Origin: Pseudomonadota bacterium
GTDB taxonomy: Bacteria; Pseudomonadota; Alphaproteobacteria; Micavibrionales; UBA1664
Assembly (NCBI GenBank): GCA_009926935.1
Contig: RFNZ01000007.1
Span: 14,200-78,199, forward strand
Reading direction: 5' to 3'
Length of the DNA stretch: 64,000 nt
Shown here: one piece after another, positions 57,741 through 64,000 of the stretch
Layout: every line of letters starts with the position of its first letter
Numbering within the stretch: position 1 is the first letter of the stretch
Notes under the pieces: model-generated
The model's input: only the letters and a program-made list of their open reading frames with translations
What the model was told of the DNA's origin: nothing
Database searches by the model: none
Program-made: the position numbers and the translations under genes

Positions 57741-58549
57741 TCCGAATACGGAGGGAAGTGCAGGTTTTTGGGGCTGAGGGTGAATATCTCGTACCCTGTT
57801 TCGGTGACACCAATCGTGTGTTCGAACTGGGCTGAAAGGGAGCGGTCTTTTGTGACCGCCGTCCAGCCATCGGGCTTCACCTTCGTGCGCCAGTCGCCCA
57901 AATTAATCATGGGTTCGATGGTGAACAGCATGCCCGCTTCCAGCACGGGGCCGGTATTGGGTTCGCCGTAATGAAGGACCGAAGGTGTGTCGTGGAACAC
58001 TTGGCCCAAGCCGTGGCCGCAGAAGTCACGGACGACGGAGCAATGCTCGCGCTCGGCCAGCGTCTGGATGGCGTGGCCGATATCGCCCAGTGTGGCACCG
58101 GGTTTTACTACTTCGATACCCGCCATCATGGAACGGTAGGTAACATCGGTCAGGCGTTTGGCCTTGATGGGGATTTCATTGCCCGCCCAGTACATGCGCG
58201 ATGTATCGCCGTACCAGCCATCTAAAATCACGGTGACATCGATGTTGAGGATGTCGCCATCCTTCAGCGCGCGGTCTTCGGGGATGCCGTGGCACACGAC
58301 CTCGTTGATCGAGGTGCAGATGGATTTGGGGTAGCCCTTGTAGTTCAGCGGGGCGGGGATGGCGCCGTGCTTTGTAATAAAATCGTGGCACAGGCGGTCG
58401 AGCTCGTTGGTCGTGACGCCAACTTTGACAAAGGGGGTGATGTAATCCAGCGTCTCGGCTGCGAGCCTGCCTGCCGCGCGCATGGATGCAAACGCATTAG
58501 CCCCGTGAAGGGGGATGCCGTCTTTTGAGCGTTTCTGTACGTCTTTCAT
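57737..58549 (-). CDS. map: Methionine aminopeptidase type I
   Basis: VCHGIP, DILNIDVT, GHGLG and FTIEPM metal-ligand contexts. ATGA overlap with radC. Confidence 0.95.
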   Translation of the reverse strand: MKDVQKRSKDGIPLHGANAFASMRAAGRLAAETLDYITPFVKVGVTTNELDRLCHDFITKHGAIPAPLNYKGYPKSICTSINEVVCHGIPEDRALKDGDILNIDVTVILDGWYGDTSRMYWAGNEIPIKAKRLTDVTYRSMMAGIEVVKPGATLGDIGHAIQTLAEREHCSVVRDFCGHGLGQVFHDTPSVLHYGEPNTGPVLEAGMLFTIEPMINLGDWRTKVKPDGWTAVTKDRSLSAQFEHTIGVTETGYEIFTLSPKNLHFPPYSE

Positions 58550-58586
58550 GGTTTGACAGATTAGCCGTTTGGCCTAGATTTGTGAA

Positions 58587-59342
58587 ATGCAAAAAACAAT
58601 CACCGCAGCCGTCTTGATAATCGGGGATGAAATACTTTCCGGCCGGACGCTTGATACCAATGTACAGACGATTGCCAAAATGCTGGGCGAGCGGGGCATA
58701 CAGGTGCGCGAAGTGCGCATGGTGCCTGATGTGATTGATACGATTATCGAGGCTGTGAATGTTTTGCGCCGCCAGCATGATTATGTGTTTACGACAGGCG
58801 GCATCGGCCCCACGCATGACGACAAGACAGCCGAGGCCATAGCAAAAGCGTTTGGCATGAAACTTGAGCGTAACGCCGATGCATGGGCGCGGCTTGTAGT
58901 GCATTATGCAGGCGAGGAAAACATCAACCCCGGACGCGCCAAAATGGCGGAGATACCTGTAGGTGCTGCACTGATAGACAACCCTGTTTCAACAGCCCCC
59001 GGTTTTATACTGGAGAATGTATATGTGATGGCCGGCGTGCCTAAAATAATGACCGCAATGATGGAAGGTGTTTTACCGAGACTTCAGGGCGGGGCCATTT
59101 TGCATTCCCGCCAGGTTGCGGCTGATGTGCCAGAAAGCGTGATTGCCGGGGGGCTTGCCGAGATTGAGGCCCGATACGCGGGTATTACCGTAGGCTCATA
59201 CCCCAAATTTACGCCCAATCAAAAACCCCACACAACGTTGGTTGTGCGGGGCACTGATTTGAAGATTGTAGAACAAGCCGTGGCCGATGTGGCTGCGCTT
59301 ATCCGTCAGGCAGGCTTTGAAGTAGGTATGGAATCTGCCTGA
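58587..59342 (+). CDS. Molybdopterin-binding (MoCF) domain protein, CinA N-terminal-like
   Basis: AAVLIIGDEILSGRTLDTN and TTGGIGPTHDD motifs. The 251-aa short form is common in alphaproteobacteria. Confidence 0.75.
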   Translation: MQKTITAAVLIIGDEILSGRTLDTNVQTIAKMLGERGIQVREVRMVPDVIDTIIEAVNVLRRQHDYVFTTGGIGPTHDDKTAEAIAKAFGMKLERNADAWARLVVHYAGEENINPGRAKMAEIPVGAALIDNPVSTAPGFILENVYVMAGVPKIMTAMMEGVLPRLQGGAILHSRQVAADVPESVIAGGLAEIEARYAGITVGSYPKFTPNQKPHTTLVVRGTDLKIVEQAVADVAALIRQAGFEVGMESA

Positions 59343-61747
59343 GGTTTAGGCTGGGACGCCCTCACTTTTTGAAAGGTGTTGTAGTCGTATAAAATCCGCA
59401 GACCTTTTGTATTTTGTTCGGTTGGTGTCACGGATATGGCGTTGAGCTTGATGGGGCGCAGCCTTTCCAGCGTTTCAATATCCGTTGCGTGATCGCCGCA
59501 CAAATCTATCTGAATGTTTGGCTTTACTGCTCGCGCCTTTGCAACGGCATCCACGATTTTATCCTGTACCTGCGGGTAGAGCCTGAGAAATGGGTCCATT
59601 TCTTCGCCGGAGGCCACCATCAAATCATGGCGTTTTTGGTAATCACCACGGTCGCAGCCCAGTACTTCGGATGTAAGGTCATTGCTGCCGATGCTGAGGA
59701 ATGCGCAGTGTTTGGCTATGTCTGCAATATTGTCGCAGGACCCGGTTGTTTCAAGCATCGAGCCAAAGCGGTAGGCCGAGTGATCGAAGCCGTATTCGGC
59801 TGCTATGCGGCGTGTCAGGGATTTTACAAATAGAAGCTCATCAACCGTACGAACGGTTGGAACCATAATTTCTATCGTGGGCACCCACGACTCTTTTTCT
59901 TCATCAAACCCGTTGATATATGATTCACGTCGTTTGAAGCCATCGCGCATGCTGCTGAAAATGCCTCTAAGCTGGGCTTCATAGAGGGCGGGCAGTTGCT
60001 GCGCCAATTGGACGCCCCGTGCGTTTTCGATGCCGAATTGGGCTTCGATCTGGTGTAATTCCTGTTTGCTGAAAATTTCATCGGGCGGAAGATCTGCCAG
60101 ACGGATGCGGATTGGTGTGCCTCTTGATGGTCTGAAGATGATGTTGTCCAGTTGCGCTTCAAGTATGCGGGTGAGCGTTGCAGGTGCTGACGCATCCCCA
60201 TTCAAGAGGAGGGCTTTGTAGGCTTTTCTGGCTTCCTTGGATTCCAGAATCATGTGCTCGGTCCGCATGAGGCCGATGCCGCTGTCTGACATGGATACAA
60301 CGTGATCCGTATCGACCGTCATTTTGATTTTGAGTTGAGGGATTTTATTTTCTTCATGCCATTCGGTAAGCATGTACGGAATATCGTACATCCAGTTGTT
60401 ATAGGATTCCCACGAGCCGCCGATGATGCCGATTTTGAACGGCCAGACAGTGGCGTATGACCTCTGGATATCTAGCGTAACGGGGCTACCGAATTTGAGG
60501 CGGCTAAGGGGTTTGAATTTGCGCAGGCTTACCTTCAGCTTCGGGATTTTTCTTTCAATCGCTCTGTAGCTTGTGGTTGCAGGAAACTGGTCTTCAAAAT
60601 TGCCGCGATGATATCTTGCTGCTTCTTCCAGTGCTTCCTGACGGTCTTCGAGGACGCGGCTTTTTCCTGTGCCAGAGACATCGATGCCATAGCGGATACG
60701 GCGGCCTTGCGTGTCGTGTAAAAAGAGGGGCAACTGCCTTGTGCCAAGGGCGCCTGCCACGTTATGCGCGTTTAGAAGCATGCGCATGTGCCCTGTGCTT
60801 CTGCTGCTTGTAAGGATTACGCCGCTGATTTTATCGAGATGCTCGATGAAATCTGGCGAATAGCGGCGCATAACAAGAACCGCTTTTTTACCTTCACGGG
60901 CAAGCTGTTCTACCTGACTGATAGTAAAGGCGATGTAGCCGCCAGCTGATTGACCGGCAGCTTCAAGGAAATGCATGGCAAGATCGCGCTTATTGCGTTC
61001 AACTCTGCGACGCTTCATGCGCTTGAATAAGGATTCATAGTTAAATCCTGATGAAAAACGTGATGGCTCATCCATTTCGCGGCGATTGACACGAGGAGAG
61101 AGTTCGGTTGCGGCAATGTTTCTGGCTTCCGGGCCCAATATTTCCAAAGCCTCGTCGCGGTTGAATTTACCTTTGCGGACAAAATCCACCAGATCTTTTG
61201 ATGAGTACTGGCGGCGGGCGAGTTGCCACGCCTCGATTTCTTCTTCAGTAATCGGGAGTTTGTGATCTGTAGTTTTGGCTAGAAACTCGCGGAAATCCGT
61301 ATCCTGATAGAATTTGGACCTTGGAACCTCGCCTTTGGCGAGTTCAGCTGCGAGATCCATTTCACCTTTATCAAATACATAAAGCTGGAATGTATTTTCG
61401 ATGCCTTCTTCTTTCAAAAATCTTTCAACGGCGCGGCGGCAGCGTTTGGCGCGATCCCGGTCTGCTGAGGTAAAAAGAAAGTGGCGCGGTGTTTTATCCG
61501 GTGCGTTGTCACGGTACCATTTGATGGTTTCTATGATGTTGTCAGCGCCCCAGCCTTCATCGCCGCCGTCTGTGGCATCCGTGATAATGGCATGGGGGTG
61601 GTTGCCTTCAGCGTATGCTTCCAGCATCGCTTCAGTACTGGCAAAGGCGAGGACGTTTTTTTCACCAAAAATGGCCTCAAGGTTACGTGTGCCCATACCA
61701 CGGGCGTGGTCATCAATGTAGAAAACAGTACTGACTTTTTGCGACAT
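59306..61747 (-). CDS. PEP-utilising-enzyme-like protein: receiver-like N-terminus, phosphohistidine swivel domain and PEP/pyruvate-binding TIM barrel
   Basis: The swivel domain AVLVMRRYSPDFIEHLDKISGVILTSSRSTGHMRMLLNAHNVAGALG matches the PPDK ILVR.ETSPEDI...GGMTSHAAVVARGMG pattern. PEP-domain motifs are GIGLMRTEHM, IRIRLADLPPDE, MLETTG, FLSIGSNDLT and LCGDH. The N-terminus has the DD...D...T/S...K spacing of receiver domains. Confidence 0.7.
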   Translation of the reverse strand: MSQKVSTVFYIDDHARGMGTRNLEAIFGEKNVLAFASTEAMLEAYAEGNHPHAIITDATDGGDEGWGADNIIETIKWYRDNAPDKTPRHFLFTSADRDRAKRCRRAVERFLKEEGIENTFQLYVFDKGEMDLAAELAKGEVPRSKFYQDTDFREFLAKTTDHKLPITEEEIEAWQLARRQYSSKDLVDFVRKGKFNRDEALEILGPEARNIAATELSPRVNRREMDEPSRFSSGFNYESLFKRMKRRRVERNKRDLAMHFLEAAGQSAGGYIAFTISQVEQLAREGKKAVLVMRRYSPDFIEHLDKISGVILTSSRSTGHMRMLLNAHNVAGALGTRQLPLFLHDTQGRRIRYGIDVSGTGKSRVLEDRQEALEEAARYHRGNFEDQFPATTSYRAIERKIPKLKVSLRKFKPLSRLKFGSPVTLDIQRSYATVWPFKIGIIGGSWESYNNWMYDIPYMLTEWHEENKIPQLKIKMTVDTDHVVSMSDSGIGLMRTEHMILESKEARKAYKALLLNGDASAPATLTRILEAQLDNIIFRPSRGTPIRIRLADLPPDEIFSKQELHQIEAQFGIENARGVQLAQQLPALYEAQLRGIFSSMRDGFKRRESYINGFDEEKESWVPTIEIMVPTVRTVDELLFVKSLTRRIAAEYGFDHSAYRFGSMLETTGSCDNIADIAKHCAFLSIGSNDLTSEVLGCDRGDYQKRHDLMVASGEEMDPFLRLYPQVQDKIVDAVAKARAVKPNIQIDLCGDHATDIETLERLRPIKLNAISVTPTEQNTKGLRILYDYNTFQKVRASQPKPQADSIPTSKPA

Positions 61748-61839
61748 AGGGCCTCTTGGTTTGGACGGAGGCTAGCAAAGCGGTTTACATTATGTCAATA
61801 AATATGCTAGAGGCTTTTCCATTGGTTTTTTGATTGCGG

Positions 61840-62481
61840 ATGAGGGTGTGTATGCAACGTGTTTCGCCTGAGGCTTTGGCCGTTAAATTTGTATCCCTCG
61901 CGCGTATTGAAGACGGCGTGCTGGTGGCCAAGCGTGTGCAGGGCGGCAATGTGCGCATACCGGTTGAGCGTGTTGAGGATATGGTCAGTATCCAACCCTG
62001 GGATATAGCGCCGCCCCATTTTTTCATGGGCAAGACGGTTTTGCGCAACAATGCCTCGCCGTGGTTTTTGTATGTGAATGTTGAAGCCGATGTGCTGAAG
62101 GCGGTAATAGGGCGCGATGTGCCCGTGCATGCCCGTACCATGAATTACGCGGACCATGTTGAAGCTATGTACGGTAAATCGGTACGGATTTTACAGGGGC
62201 TCGATTCACGTACCCGCAACACGCTGTACCTTTGCGGCTTTGATACGATTGAGCAGGTGATGGAGATGTCGGACTACGACATGCTGACGCAGGTGCCTGA
62301 TCTTGGTGTGCAGGGGCTTGGTACTTTGAGAGCGAGCGTGCTTATGACGCCGCCGGATGCGCCTATCCCCGACGAGCTGCCGCCGTTTTGCGCCCGTGTA
62401 CGGGGCATCAAAGGGTTTGCGAATGTAACTGGCAGCACCTTCCCCCGGGGGCGGGGCAATTTACCGCCCAGGCCATTTTAA
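61840..62481 (+). CDS. Hypothetical protein with a C-terminal helix-hairpin-helix resembling the RpoA CTD
   Basis: RNTLYLCGFDTIEQVMEMSDYDMLTQVPDLGVQGLGTLR resembles the RNA polymerase alpha CTD HhH. The start is uncertain (TTG 61834, ATG 61840 or 61852). Confidence 0.45.
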   Translation: MRVCMQRVSPEALAVKFVSLARIEDGVLVAKRVQGGNVRIPVERVEDMVSIQPWDIAPPHFFMGKTVLRNNASPWFLYVNVEADVLKAVIGRDVPVHARTMNYADHVEAMYGKSVRILQGLDSRTRNTLYLCGFDTIEQVMEMSDYDMLTQVPDLGVQGLGTLRASVLMTPPDAPIPDELPPFCARVRGIKGFANVTGSTFPRGRGNLPPRPF

Positions 62482-62945
62482 TTAACAAGCTTTGGAATAC
62501 GCCCGTCTTTAATCATGACCTGGTTGTTGATGATAAGGCAGCCGTACTGACGCAGGTAGCGGGGGACAAAGTTCCAGCGTGTGAGGTCGAGAGTGGCTTG
62601 ATACTCGCCCGTTTTACGGTAGTTGAACTCAATGCCTAGCATGGCGGGGCATTTTGCCGGGCGTGTTTCAGCTGTGTAGATGACGTAGCTTGGTGCATCC
62701 TCCAATTTCAGGCCCGTGGGGTTTCTATCGGCGGCGGTGTAGTCGACAACAAAGGCCGAGAGTTTGGCATCGCGTACGATAGCTTTGATGCCCTGATGAT
62801 CACCAGCTGATGAAATAATGGGGATCCCGTTATCGTATTCGAGCACTTGAACGCCTGCGGGCACGGGCAGTTTATCCTGTGCGAGCGCGTTGAACGGAAA
62901 TGATGCGGCTATGAGCGCCGCGGCCCCAATGATTGTTCTTTTCAT
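62478..62945 (-). CDS. Hypothetical secreted protein
   Basis: Signal peptide MKRTIIGAAALIAASFPFNALA followed by QD. 155 aa, no motif recognised. Confidence 0.55.
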   Translation of the reverse strand: MKRTIIGAAALIAASFPFNALAQDKLPVPAGVQVLEYDNGIPIISSAGDHQGIKAIVRDAKLSAFVVDYTAADRNPTGLKLEDAPSYVIYTAETRPAKCPAMLGIEFNYRKTGEYQATLDLTRWNFVPRYLRQYGCLIINNQVMIKDGRIPKLVN

Positions 62946-63094
62946 GACACACCCAGTTGTTTTTTTGTTTTGCTTGAATTATGCGTGAAAAATTAGGGTT
63001 CAAACCCTTTAAACGCAAGGTTTTTATGGTTGCGCAAATGGTTTACGCGGTTGACGCCGCCGTAATATATCGTATCTTGCACGCGTATTTTTAA

Positions 63095-63181
63095 GGCCCC
63101 GTGGCGGAACTGGTAGACGCACACGACTTAAAATCGTGAGTCCGAAAGGGCGTGCCGGTTCAATTCCGGCCGGGGCCACCA
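63095..63181 (+). tRNA. tRNA-Leu (anticodon UAA), type II with long variable arm, encoded CCA
   Basis: Acceptor GGCCCCG/CGGGGCC, anticodon stem-loop CACGA-CTTAAAA-TCGTG, T-arm GCCGG-TTCAATT-CCGGC, discriminator A plus CCA, followed by a T-run. Confidence 0.9.
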
Positions 63182-63204
63182 CTTTTTTTATATTTTGCGC
63201 GTGG

Positions 63205-63810
63205 TTAAGCCACCGCCCGCAGGCATATTGCGCGAAGTTCGGCCATAAAGTTTGCCGGCATCTCGCTGCGCGGGTACATCCTGTCACCGATCACGACGGT
63301 CGTATCAAGAATGGCGATGCGCTTTGGCAGGCCCATCAGAACCACGGGCGGGCCAGAAAACAGCGCAACCTTACTATCCAGCTCAAAAATGTTGCGGCCT
63401 GTCCGTGCCTCGATAAAGGGGAGGCTGAACGCGGACGTGCAGGAGAATATGCAGTTATCGATTACGGCGCCGGATATGAGCGTTGCCGCAAAGCTTGCGT
63501 TGGTGAAATCGGTATCGATGAGGCGGCTTTCGCAGAGGCAGGTTGTTGTGAGATCCGTGCTTCTTAGATTGGCGTGGCTCAAATCAGCCTCGGAGAGGTT
63601 GGCGCCCGTCAGGGATGCGTTTTCAAGGGAGGCGTTTGTGAAATCGCCACCGTCCAGCGTTGCGTTATCAAGCCGTGCCCTACGCAAATCTGCACACGAC
63701 AGTGATATTTTTTGGGATACTGCCGTCTCCACCGCGTGACGCATGGACTTAAAGGAACCGCTGAAGATGACGGCATTTGTCGTGCGGTTTCTGATAGATA
63801 TATTTTTCAT
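63205..63810 (-). CDS. Pentapeptide-repeat protein
   Basis: Tandem A(D/N)LXX repeats: ADLRRARLDNATLDGGDFTNASLENASLTGANLSEADLSHANLRSTDL. Confidence 0.8.
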   Translation of the reverse strand: MKNISIRNRTTNAVIFSGSFKSMRHAVETAVSQKISLSCADLRRARLDNATLDGGDFTNASLENASLTGANLSEADLSHANLRSTDLTTTCLCESRLIDTDFTNASFAATLISGAVIDNCIFSCTSAFSLPFIEARTGRNIFELDSKVALFSGPPVVLMGLPKRIAILDTTVVIGDRMYPRSEMPANFMAELRAICLRAVA

Positions 63811-63830
63811 TGAAACCTCCTGTTCATTAG

Positions 63831-63961
63831 ATAGGAATAATTACCTTTAGTGATACAGTCAATAGGGTTGTTTATAGGATAATTCCTATTATAAATGTTG
63901 AATATGTTCTGAAAACAGGGTACAAACTGTATAAAATATGAAAACATAGGATTATGCCTAT
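63831..63961. promoter_or_regulatory. Three ATAGGA-containing sites, two of them dyads (ATAGGA-N4-TCCTAT, ATAGG-N6-CCTAT), in the AT-rich region upstream of the pentapeptide gene
   Basis: ATAGGAATAATTACCT lies at 63831-63846, ATAGGATAATTCCTAT at 63874-63889, and ATAGGATTATGCCTAT at 63946-63961. Confidence 0.35.
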
Positions 63962-64000
63962 AAGAATGCATATAAACCTATGATAGAAAAAACTAACTTA

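Overview
The window reads as a gene-dense alphaproteobacterial chromosome segment. GC is in the mid-50s by eye (not computed), there is no rRNA, and there is one tRNA. All calls come from motif recognition on the supplied ORF track and my own reading of the DNA; no database search was run.

The housekeeping backbone is:
- a Clp/Hsp100 fragment, a YjgR-like NTPase, glpX, trhO, recJ, priA
- the F1 ATP synthase operon atpHAGDC, then nadA-nadC
- a polyamine block (ODC-like decarboxylase, carboxyspermidine dehydrogenase and decarboxylase, agmatinase)
- a DinG-like helicase, comF, lysS, fhs, uvrB, a GH13 alpha-glucosidase, a cyclophilin, cspA, purB, radC, map and tRNA-Leu(UAA)

Several accessory or unusual segments are embedded in this backbone:
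1. 53.9-55.6 kb: an AT-shifted island between cspA and purB. It encodes a composite toxin-like protein (peptidoglycan-binding-like domain, a MuF/SPP1-gp7 motif and a colicin-E5-like tRNase C-terminus). Two tightly linked small ORFs follow as candidate immunity genes.
2. 21.5-25.4 kb: a co-directional four-gene set of lysine 2,3-aminomutase, two Ddl-like ATP-grasp ligases and a GNAT. It looks like a beta-lysine-derived small-molecule pathway.
3. 59.3-61.7 kb: an 813-aa protein. It joins a receiver-like N-terminus to the phosphohistidine and PEP/pyruvate domains of PPDK or enzyme I, and lacks the nucleotide-binding domain.
4. 32.6-33.2 kb: a 657-bp non-coding leader upstream of the polyamine operon, with two small ORFs below the track cutoff.
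5. Two MITE/REP-like palindromic elements built from GTCATTCCTGCGrAGGCAGGAATCC units, a very strong intercistronic hairpin inside the atp operon, and an 18-bp direct repeat bracketing a 117-bp insert.
6. 43.7-46.3 kb: a lower-GC block of hypothetical genes.

No CRISPR array, transposase, integrase or IS element was seen.
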